Source: Candidatus Sphingomonas colombiensis (GTDB taxonomy: Bacteria > Pseudomonadota > Alphaproteobacteria > Sphingomonadales > Sphingomonadaceae). Taken from it: a stretch of DNA of 64,000 nucleotides. This document shows, in pieces, positions 45,981 through 54,941 of this stretch. The DNA lies in contig CP119315.1 of assembly GCA_029202845.1 (NCBI GenBank), positions 2,005,759 to 2,069,758 of the forward strand, in the 5' to 3' direction. Both the position numbers and the translations under genes were made by a program. The notes beneath the pieces are model-generated. The model was not told the origin of the DNA. It did no database searches and saw nothing but the letters and a program-made list of their open reading frames with translations. How positions within the stretch are numbered: position 1 is the stretch's first letter; each line of letters opens with the position of its first letter.

Positions 45981-48581
45981 GTGGCAAGTTTCAAGAACCG
46001 CACGTTGGTTATGCTTCTTGCTTCGGCCGCGCTGTCCAGCCCCGCCCTTGCTCAGACGACGGATCAACCGGCCACCCGTGCATCCAATGATGCGATGAGC
46101 GACATCATCGTCACCGCCCAGAAGCGCGATGAGAATATTCAGACCGTTCCGATTTCAATCCAGGCCTTGTCAACGCGCAAGCTGGATCAGCTCAATATCT
46201 CGAATTTCAACGAATATACTCAGCTTCTGCCATCGGTCGCCTTCCAGACTTCACAGCCGGGCGTGACGACTGTTTACATGCGCGGCGTCGCCTCCGGGGG
46301 CGACGGCAATCACTCCGGTTCGCTGCCTTCGGTCGGCAGCTATCTCGACGAACAGCCGGTGACGACGATCGGCGGCACCCTCGATATCCATATCTACGAC
46401 GTCGCCCGCATCGAAAGCCTCTCCGGGCCGCAGGGCACGCTGTACGGCGCGTCGAGCGAGGCTGGCACGATCCGTATCATCACCAACAAGCCTGATACCG
46501 CTGGCTTTTACGGCCGCATCGATGGCGAATTGAACACTGTTCACAAGGGCGGCGTCGGCGGCAAGCTGGAAGGGATGATCAACACGCCCTTCTCCGAAAA
46601 CGTCGCGCTGCGCGTGGTCGGCTTCTACCAGAAGGACGCCGGTTATATCGACAACGTCGCCGGTACGCGGACCTTCTGCGGTTCGCCGACCTATGATGAA
46701 AACGGGGATATCAACGGCTGCATCAAGAACGGGATCACCGTCAACAACAATGCGCTGGTAAAGAAGGATTATAACGACACCGAAACCTGGGGCGGCCGCG
46801 CCGCGCTGAAGATTGATCTCGACAACAATTGGACGGTGACGCCGACAGTACTTTACCAGGAGCAGCGCAGCCACGGCAGCTATGGCTATGATCCGTCGCT
46901 CGGCGATCTCAAGGTGCAGCATTTCCTGCCGGAATATCGCCGCGACCGCTTCATTCAGGGCGCGCTGACGATCGAGGGCAAGGTCGGCAATTGGGACATT
47001 ACCTATGCCGGCGCCTATCTCGATCGCCGCGATACGCAGTCCAGCGATTATACCGATTACGCCGAAGCCTATGATTCGCTTTACCAATCGCACGGCGGCC
47101 TCGCGAATTATTTCTATTATCAGGATGCCCTCGGCAACACGATCGCCCCGCTCCAGCGCGTGCTCGGCACCGATCATTTCAAGAAAATGAGCCAGGAGTT
47201 CCGCGTTGCTTCGCCGAGCACGGAGCGGCTTCGTATCGTCGCGGGCGCTTTCTATCAGCGCCAGTCGAACCTGATTCATCAGGATTATCAGATTGCCGGG
47301 CTGGCACCCAATCTGTCGGTCAACGGCCATCCGGGCACCCTGTGGCTCACCCAACAGCATCGCGTTGACAAGGACTATGCGATGTTCGGCGAGGCAAGCT
47401 TCGACATTTTGCCAACGCTGACCGCCACGGCGGGCGCACGCGCCTATATCTACGACAATTCGCTACTTGGTTTCTTCGGCTTCGGGCGCAATCCGGATGC
47501 TGGCGACGGCGGCATTCCTTACACGGCGACCCCGTATAACGCGGCGGGAAGCTCTCGCACCGGCGTGGCGGGCTGTTATCTCACCAACGGGCAGACGTTG
47601 CGCGATACCGTGGGTGCCGGGCAGGTGCCGCCACCGTTCGCGCCGGCCGCGGTTGCCGGTGGCCCGTGCACCAACCTCGCCAATATCTCCGGTACCAACC
47701 TCATTCCCAAGCGGACGCAGGGGCAGGGGGCGACTTATAAATTCAACCTGACGTGGAAGCCGAGCGATCAGGTGATGCTCTATGCCACATGGTCGCGCGG
47801 TTTCCGCCCCGGCGGCATCAACCGGCGCGGCGACGTGCGGGATTATGCGCCCGACTTCCTGACCAATTACGAGGTCGGGTGGAAAACGACGTTGCTCGGC
47901 GGGATGCTGCGCTTCAACGGCGCGGTCTATCAGCAGAATTGGGATGCGTTCCAATTCTCCTTCCTTGGTCAGAACAGCTTCACGGTAATCGAGAACGGGC
48001 CGAGCGCGCGTATCCGTGGCGTGGAGATGGACGCGAACCTGTCGACCGGACCGCTCACGTTGACGGCTGCGGGGTCTTATACGGACGCCCGGACGCGCCA
48101 GAATCTGTGTCTTCAGGCCGATCCGACCTTCACCTGCTCCGGGTTGACTGAGGGGGGTGATCAAAACCTTATTTCGGCGCCCAAGGGCACGCGCCTGCCG
48201 ATAACGCCCGAGTTCAAAATCACGGGAACGGCGCGATATACCGTTCCGCTGGGCGATAGCGTGAAGGGCTATGTCCAGGCGCTGGTGTCGCATCAAAGTT
48301 CGGCGTCGTCGGATATTCGGACCGCGGTTTATCAAACGGGCACCGGCTTGATCATCAATCCCGCCGCGGAGCTGGGACGGCTGCGCGCCTATACCACCGG
48401 CAATCTCGCGCTCGGCGCGGAAATCGGCAGCAATTATACGATCGAGGTTTTTGCGCAAAATCTGTGGGATGTGCGCGGCGAAATCTCACGTTTCCAGGAA
48501 TGCGGGTCGTGCGGACAACGGCCCTATATCGTGCCGATCACGCCGCGGACCATCGGTATCCGCGCGGGCGCGAAGTTCTAG
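45981..48581 (+). CDS. TonB-dependent receptor
   Basis: DIIVTAQKRDE, IESLSGPQGTLYG, SRGFRPGG, C-terminal PRTIGIRAGAKF. Confidence 0.92.
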   Translation: MASFKNRTLVMLLASAALSSPALAQTTDQPATRASNDAMSDIIVTAQKRDENIQTVPISIQALSTRKLDQLNISNFNEYTQLLPSVAFQTSQPGVTTVYMRGVASGGDGNHSGSLPSVGSYLDEQPVTTIGGTLDIHIYDVARIESLSGPQGTLYGASSEAGTIRIITNKPDTAGFYGRIDGELNTVHKGGVGGKLEGMINTPFSENVALRVVGFYQKDAGYIDNVAGTRTFCGSPTYDENGDINGCIKNGITVNNNALVKKDYNDTETWGGRAALKIDLDNNWTVTPTVLYQEQRSHGSYGYDPSLGDLKVQHFLPEYRRDRFIQGALTIEGKVGNWDITYAGAYLDRRDTQSSDYTDYAEAYDSLYQSHGGLANYFYYQDALGNTIAPLQRVLGTDHFKKMSQEFRVASPSTERLRIVAGAFYQRQSNLIHQDYQIAGLAPNLSVNGHPGTLWLTQQHRVDKDYAMFGEASFDILPTLTATAGARAYIYDNSLLGFFGFGRNPDAGDGGIPYTATPYNAAGSSRTGVAGCYLTNGQTLRDTVGAGQVPPPFAPAAVAGGPCTNLANISGTNLIPKRTQGQGATYKFNLTWKPSDQVMLYATWSRGFRPGGINRRGDVRDYAPDFLTNYEVGWKTTLLGGMLRFNGAVYQQNWDAFQFSFLGQNSFTVIENGPSARIRGVEMDANLSTGPLTLTAAGSYTDARTRQNLCLQADPTFTCSGLTEGGDQNLISAPKGTRLPITPEFKITGTARYTVPLGDSVKGYVQALVSHQSSASSDIRTAVYQTGTGLIINPAAELGRLRAYTTGNLALGAEIGSNYTIEVFAQNLWDVRGEISRFQECGSCGQRPYIVPITPRTIGIRAGAKF

Positions 48582-48908
48582 GGGAGGAGCCTGGCGTATC
48601 TGGATGCGCCACGGTTTCAGGGGAAGGACGGGGTGGCCACGCCCCGTCCTTTTCCGTTGGGGCTCCGTTGATCAAGGGCTGTGGGGGCGACAATTTCGCG
48701 TTGTCGACTGCCGGGTACGCACTGGCCTGAAAGGTGGCGGCTGGCGGATCACCAGCTTATTCTAGCTCTATCGAAGACTCGCGGTCTCGAAGTGTGTGCC
48801 GCCCCTTCTCAGCCTCGACCTTGCGCACCGGCCTGCGCGACCGTTGTAGGCAAAGGAAAAGGCGCCGGGTTCAATCGGCGCCTTCCGAGTTTCTTACCTG
48901 TCAGGCTG

Positions 48909-49433
48909 TCAGGCGAACCGCACTTTGACCGCGCGGCGGCGCATCGCCGCGCCGACCAGGCCGAAGCCCGCGATCATCATCGCCCAGGTGGCCGGCTCGG
49001 GAACGGCGCCCGCGACGGCGGAAACGGAGCCGGAAGTCAGATAGCGATTATAGCCCTTCTCGGTTTCGCTGGTGGTCTGGTTCAGCGAGGTGCCGGTCGA
49101 TGTGAGCGGGCTGTTGAAAAATACGTTGAGTTTCGCGTTCGAGAACGTCGCCGACAGGCCCTGAGCGGCGTTCCAGAACAGCGCGGTCGCGTTGCCGAAC
49201 GTATAGGTAGTCCCGGTGTAGCTGCCATAGGGCCAGCCGCTGTTGGTGGACGACGTGATCGAGAAGCCGATAAGCGTCGCGAGGTCGTCGCTCGTGGTGA
49301 ACGTGCCGGACAGCGTTCCGCCGTCGACGAGCTTCACATTGTCGAGATTGAACACCGCCGCAGCTGAAGCGGGAGCTGCCGTGCCGAGCATGGCAACGGT
49401 CGAAAGGGCTGCGGCAACTACCAACTTACGCAT
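48909..49433 (-). CDS. PEPxxWA-CTERM sorting domain surface protein
   Basis: Signal peptide; C-terminus VPEPATWAMMIAGFGLVGAAMRRR. Confidence 0.92.
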   Translation of the reverse strand: MRKLVVAAALSTVAMLGTAAPASAAAVFNLDNVKLVDGGTLSGTFTTSDDLATLIGFSITSSTNSGWPYGSYTGTTYTFGNATALFWNAAQGLSATFSNAKLNVFFNSPLTSTGTSLNQTTSETEKGYNRYLTSGSVSAVAGAVPEPATWAMMIAGFGLVGAAMRRRAVKVRFA

Positions 49434-49679
49434 TTAAAATCCCCGTGTTTTCCAGCTAGCGCCAGCGACGAATCGCGTCGTCTCGTTCGATCGTGGTCCG
49501 TAGAGGCAAGGTTTGGCGACCAACAGTCCGTTAACCACGAGTTTTCCGCCGCGTCCCAAATCGGAACAGTCATTTCCGCGCTGACTGGAAACGAGGATTC
49601 GCAGCTCTTCCCGCGACGGATGTGGGCGGGCGGCCAACGCGCCGTGCCATGCTGGCTGCAAATCGATTTCTAGAGAAGG

Positions 49680-49696
49680 TGGCAGGGGATCTCGGA
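49680..49696. repeat. Distal att core: copy of the tRNA-Trp 3' end (16/17 identical)
   Basis: tggcaggggatctcgga versus tggcaggggagctcgga at 55690. Confidence 0.85.
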
Positions 49697-49771
49697 GACG
49701 TTGACAGGGGTGGTTTAAGGCGTTGGTTTTGCATAATTTCAGTGATTTTCAAAGCGTTGTATCCGACGATG

Positions 49772-49797
49772 CCTATCCAACAAACCTATCCTACACG
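49772..49797. repeat. Integrase arm-type repeat, left copy
   Basis: CCTATCCAACAAACCTATCCTACACG; 24/26 match to 55615-55640. Confidence 0.75.
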
Positions 49798-49816
49798 TCC
49801 TTGAAAGCTCCCTAAA

Positions 49817-51282
49817 ATGGCAAGCCTGAAGCTCCAACATCGCCAATACTGGGCCACCGTGCGCGCGCCGAAGGGCCTTCAGGATCATTACGACGACAAG
49901 AAGCACCTAATACCGAAACCTTCACACTTCTGACGTGAAGGTGGCGAGGGTTGAGGCCGCCGCATGGGAAGCGATGCTGCGGATGGAGTGGCAGGAGAAG
50001 CAGGGCCGGTCCGTCAGCGACCCCGGCGCACTCCGCCGCATCTACACAGATGCTACGCCGGCAGGCGGCCGAGGGTGCGTTCGTTGTCCATCAGGGCGAT
50101 GAGGACCCGGTTGAGGCTGGAATTGAACATGAGCTGGGGAAGATGGCCGACGCCGATCCTGACCCCGATGGCGAGCTTACCGCTAACGCCGCGATCCGCG
50201 TTGCCGCCCTTCAGGATGCGCTGCGGGAGGTGAGGGGGCAGAAGGTGCCTCAACGGAAGGAGCTTGAGCCAGCCTTTAGCGAGGTGGTGTCGGATTACAT
50301 GACCCAATGGCGCACCCAGCGCGGCCTCAAGGAAACCAACACGGAGCAGCAGAAGGACGCCACGTTCCGCCTGTTCAAGGGCTTCTGGAACGATAAACCT
50401 ATTCGGGGCGTCCGCGACGCCGACGCTTCCCGCTTTCACGATGCGCTTCGCCGTACCGACCGCGACTGGGCGCGCGCCAACGGCGCCAAGGAGATGGCAT
50501 GGGCTAAGGTTCAGGAGCTGTTTGGGGGCAGCGACAACGGATTGGCCGACGCCACCATGAACCGCCATCTGGCGACCCTGAAGGGCCTTTGGGATTGGGC
50601 CGCGAGGCGCGGTCATTGCTCTGGTCACAACCCGTTTGATGGTTTCCACCGGAAGCTGCGAACCGGCGTGAACGTGCTGGGCTATCTGGCATGGGAGAAG
50701 GAGGAGCTTGGCGCGCTGTTCGCCAAGCCGCCGAAGCGGGCGGACATTCGGGAGGTTATCCTAGTCGGGATGTACTCCGGGATGCGCCTTGACGAGATTG
50801 CGTCGCTCCGGTGGGAGCAGCTTCGGGAGGGCGAGGGCGTCCGGTATTTCCAAGTGGAGGACGCGAAGACCCCAGCCGGGAACCGACAGGTGCCCCTCCA
50901 CCCGTCGCTGGCGTGGCTCTGGGACCGCAAGCCGGCCGGTGGCACGGGACAAGTATGGACCACCTTCAACGGGGAGGGGCCGGGGAAGAAAGCGGGCGCC
51001 GACGCCAGCAAGGAGTTTTCTCGCTTCAAGTCTGCTCGCGGCTTCAAGGATCGCCGCAAGGTGTTCCATTCGTTCCGCAAGAACGTCACGCGGATCATGG
51101 AGAGGGCCACCGTGCCGGAGAACGAATGGGCGCAGGTGTTCGGCCATGAGAAGGGGTTCACCTACGGGCGTTACAATCCCGACGGGATCACGTTGGAGCG
51201 CAAGCGGGATATTATCGAGCTGATCGAATATCCCGGCGTGACTTTGCCGGCACCGGCGCGGCCCTCAAGCGATGCAGGATAA
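49817..51282 (+). pseudogene. int: Tyrosine recombinase/integrase with DUF6538-like N-terminus; two +1 frameshifts near 49910 and 50048 as assembled
   Basis: Catalytic residues intact (SGMRLDE, AKT, FHSFRK, FGH...Y). The N-terminus YWATVRAPKGLQ...NLHTSDVKVAR lies in two other frames. Confidence 0.88.
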
Positions 51283-52834
51283 TCCCGTCATTTCCCGCCC
51301 CACAGGCACGATAGCCAAATCCAATGACTCCTTATCCTCCATCCCGATAATCAGCGCCGAAGCGGCTTCTTTGGCGCCTTTAGGCCACTTCCCGAACTCC
51401 GACCGGCGGCGCGAGTTGGAGAACAGCCGCCCAGTCCGTTGGGATCGTGTAACGACGCATCAAGGTGCGGCAGGGGCTATCGCTGGGCTGGTCGATGCGA
51501 TGGTGGCGTGTGAGGATAGGAAACGCGCACGGCGGGCCGACGCCATGGAGCGCGTCCGGGCGGCCATGGCGGCGCTGACGCTCGACCTGTTCGCTTGCGC
51601 CGCCGCCACCCCGTCCCGGTTCATTGCGTATTCCCGCGACCGCAATGCATACCGGGCGAGCCGCTATCGCAACGCGGCTATCACCTTCACCGCCGCCACC
51701 GACGTTGTCGACTTCCTCGAATGCAACGGCTGGGCGGAAGGCGCAGGGGCTATCAGAGCAGGGGCGAGGCCGGACGTGTCATTGGCCGCCGGTCCCGTCT
51801 GCGCGCCACCGCAAAGCTGGTCGAGCATTTCGCGGCGGCAGGGCTGACGATCCACGACCTATCGTTCGATCCGGTTGCAGAGGTGGTCCGGTTGAAGCGC
51901 CGGGTCATAGTCGGGCTGGCGCAGGTCAACACGCTGGCGGAATATGAGGACGATGAGACCACGCGGACGATGCGTTCCGACCTCCAGCGCCTCAATGGAC
52001 TCCTTCGGGACACGCGCGTCGACCTTAAAGACGTCCCGCCGGGGAATGACGGGATCGATGGCGATGCGTTCGATGACGGTGCCGATGATGACGACCGGCC
52101 GGAAGCCGCCGACCACACCGCCATCCGCCTCCATCGGGTATTCAATGACGGCCGGTTTGATCGTGGCGGCCGGTTCTACGGCGGGTGGTGGATGGCGCTG
52201 CCGAGCCATCGTCGTGCCGCCGTACTGCTCGATGGCGAGGTGACGGTCGAACTGGATTATTGCGCCCTCCATCCCCGGCTCTGTTACGCGCTCTCCCGAC
52301 TGGACTGGCCGGCTGATGCCGATCCTTACGCGCTGCCCGCCGCGCCCCACGTAGCCCGTAGCGTCACCAAGGCGGCCTTCACGCGCCTCCTCAACGTCAG
52401 TGCTGGCGTTACCCCCGCGTGCCCCCAAAGGCATCCCGAAGCGGCTCTGGCGGGAAGCGCTGGCGGGGGTGCAGGAGTTGCATAGCGCAATCGCGGGCTG
52501 GTTCGGTGCCGGCCGGGGCATGGAATTGCAGCGGATCGACAGCGCCATCGCATCCGTCGTTCTCGACAGCCTCGCTTATCGGGGCATTCCCTGCTTGCCG
52601 ATCCATGACAGCTTCATCGTCCCAGCTTCGAAGGAGTTGGCGTTGGGCGAGTCGATGTACATGGCCTTCAGGGGGCAGATGGAGCATTTTGGGGGGCGGA
52701 AGGCATGGCCTGCGATTTCCGGCTGGTCATCGCCGGCGGTGGAAGCGAAGGTAATGCGGTCGATGGACCCGGACTGGACACCAGCCCTCGCACCATCGGC
52801 AGGGCTGGAGGAAGTGGGGGCGAGGGAGCCTTAA
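51272..52834 (+). pseudogene. Compact PolA/T7-RNAP-superfamily polymerase-like protein (~520 aa when two frameshifts near 51745 and 52412 are corrected)
   Basis: FDRGGRFY (52159), ELDY (52249), RSVTK (52357) and IHDSF (52601) occur in the canonical order across ORFs 51272, 51595 and 52400. Confidence 0.7.
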
Positions 52835-52914
52835 GGTACACCCCAAATACCATCACTAAGAGCCTTAAGCTTAGCCGCTTGCCGTCCGACCATATCCGTC
52901 GCAGCATCGCGGCT

Positions 52915-53391
52915 ATGCCTACAGATGCGCGGCGACTACGCCTGATCCTGTTTCACGCCCAGAGCGGCTTCTGTGCCGGATGTGGCAACAAGATACGCAG
53001 CAAGCCGGGTCGGTCCAACGACCCGCTCGCGCCAACCTTCGACCACGTGTGCCCGCGCTCCAAGGGCGGCAAAAGCTTAGTGACGAATGGGCTATTGAAG
53101 CATCGCCGCTGTAACGCACAACGTGGCGACCGCCCTCCGACCGGCTGCGACCGTCTATGGCAGATAGTGGTATCTGCGCGGCTGAAGCACGCAAAAAGCC
53201 AAGCGCTGCCCGAGTTCTACGCGGAGCGGGATCGCGTACGTCGGGAGGAGCTGCGAGCGGTTCGGGCTGCGATCATAGAAGCCGGGCGGACGGTCGAGGG
53301 ACGTGACGGCGTCAGCTATCGGCTATGGGGTTTCGTGCGCCTGTCACCGCGATGTGAGGAGGGGCCTGCACTGCTCCCAAGTTCGTCGTAG
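52915..53391 (+). CDS. HNH endonuclease
   Basis: CAGC...TFDHVCPRSKGG...NG..KHRRCNAQRG. Confidence 0.82.
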   Translation: MPTDARRLRLILFHAQSGFCAGCGNKIRSKPGRSNDPLAPTFDHVCPRSKGGKSLVTNGLLKHRRCNAQRGDRPPTGCDRLWQIVVSARLKHAKSQALPEFYAERDRVRREELRAVRAAIIEAGRTVEGRDGVSYRLWGFVRLSPRCEEGPALLPSSS

Positions 53392-53417
53392 CCACGAAGA
53401 TCGCCTTCGATACCGCA

Positions 53418-53738
53418 GTGATCTCCATCGACCGCGAGGGTGTCATCATGATCGACGCGCGGCAGCTTCATGGGTGGCTGGGCGTCCGAGATTACTTCCA
53501 TCAGTGGGTGAAGCGTCGGGCGGAGGAATATGGGCTCGAGGACGGGACGGACTTTTGCACGAGCGTTTGCAAAACCGGCGGATGCTCCCGCACCGACTAC
53601 CTCCTCACCATCGACATGGCGAAGGAACTGTCGACGGTCGAGCGCACCGAACGTGGCCAATTAGTGCTCCCCCTCGGAGAGGGAATCGGCTTCGGACCAG
53701 TTTCGGCCCTAGCTGACCCGATAGCCCACACTCTTTGA
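53418..53738 (+). CDS. AntA/AntB-type phage antirepressor (possibly C-terminally truncated)
   Basis: IDARQLHGWLGV..YFHQWVKRRAEEYGL..DF...DYLLTIDMAKEL..VERTERG. Confidence 0.8.
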   Translation: MISIDREGVIMIDARQLHGWLGVRDYFHQWVKRRAEEYGLEDGTDFCTSVCKTGGCSRTDYLLTIDMAKELSTVERTERGQLVLPLGEGIGFGPVSALADPIAHTL

Positions 53739-53910
53739 TTAGAGCGCACTCTCGGAGAGAGAGCCCAATTAGGCCGCATCTTGTAACTGGGCCGCATCAT
53801 TGGGGGAGAAATCCGCCTCGCTCCATCATTCCTCAAACCCCGAATACGCCACGCCGCCGGATCGCCGTTCCTGGCGTCATCGCGCCGCCGTGCCGCGAGT
53901 AGGAGAACCC

Positions 53911-54156
53911 TTGAACAACCCACGCCGCTCCCGCGCTTCCGCAATTAATGAGAAGTGCAAAGCCTGTATCTGCGATCCGTATGTCGCGGGGACATGGCGC
54001 GAGCAGCTCGCCGCATGCCCCTCCGCCAATTGTCCGCTGTTCGAGGTGCGGCCGGTCCCGCGATCTTGCATCGTGAACGGAGTTTGCGGCCCCGCCGCGA
54101 TCAATGCCGTCAGGATGAAGCTCGATATGATCGACCGCCGCTGCGCCGCCGCCTGA
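53911..54156 (+). CDS. Small Cys-rich (putative Zn-binding) protein
   Basis: TTG start with AGGAG 5 nt upstream; AINEKCKAC...W...CPSANCPLFEVRP. Confidence 0.65.
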   Translation: MNNPRRSRASAINEKCKACICDPYVAGTWREQLAACPSANCPLFEVRPVPRSCIVNGVCGPAAINAVRMKLDMIDRRCAAA

Positions 54157-54821
54157 TGGTCGCGATGCCGGCTTAATCCGGTCATCGCCAGCCACGGAGC
54201 GACGTTGGAGGACAGGGACCTATCGGGGCATCCTCGTCTCCATCGTCGCTCTGTGGTCTGGAAATGCGCTTAAATCCCGCATCGGGCCCCTTCGATGCCC
54301 CGAACGTCACCTCCAGTTCCCGCAGGGTGGAAATGGTATCCCCGCTGCTAGCAGGCGAAGCTCCGCCAGTCGTTCTATCTGGCGGATGGCCGGCGCTATT
54401 GCTGCTGCTACGCTGTCGCCGGTTGGGCGGTATCAAGCGGGCCGTGGCAGACTTAGGGTGGCAATCGCGGCCCGTTATATTTGGTGCAAATTTCCGAAGC
54501 GGGTTATCGTAGGGGCCGCGCGCCGATTTCCCCCCTTATGGGGTGGCGGTGGAGCGATGGCGCGATGGCTCGGAGCCTACTTCCGGGATCACCGAAGGGC
54601 GCCAGTGTCGCCATCAATCCGATTGCCGGAAACAGGTCAACGCGTTCGAGGCGCGCGGTCTGTGCCTGGTACACTGTCGGCCTCGCTGTCAAACGACGCA
54701 GAGGCGGCGCGGCTCGACCGGAGCTTTCCGCCACTCGCGTTTGCTCTCGGCCTCCTTCACCGTGCAGCGAATGCGCCGGCAGCTCCAGTGCAATGCGAAC
54801 CCGCTGCGTGCGTGCGCCCCT

Positions 54822-54915
54822 TGTATCGGAAACGACCGTTTTCGAGCCTGCCGGAAATGCTGTATCGGAAACTAGCTTGACAACCATTTCGATCCACCCT
54901 TAGAAACGATACAGC
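54822..54915. promoter_or_regulatory. Candidate res site / resolvase promoter
   Basis: TGTATCGGAAAC direct repeats at 54822 and 54861; GCTGTATCG (54859) / CGATACAGC (54907) inverted pair; directly upstream of the resolvase. Confidence 0.6.
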
Positions 54916-54941
54916 TTTTCGTTACAACGGGATCACGCCTC

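Noticed and set aside
49434-49680. Possible sigma-54 promoter for the PEPxxWA-CTERM gene (TGGCACG on the minus strand near 49650)
   Set aside because: The -12 GC is not at the required spacing.
49701-49737. TTGACA...CATAAT as the integrase promoter
   Set aside because: The 25-bp spacing is too long for a sigma-70 promoter.
51740-52420. Programmed ribosomal frameshifting as the explanation for the split polymerase
   Set aside because: No canonical slippery heptamer seen, and two opposite shifts would be needed; mutation or consensus error is simpler.
54386-54903. Several overlapping 110-164-aa ORFs in the island spacer
   Set aside because: No motifs, mutually overlapping, no RBS; one runs through the res-like repeats.
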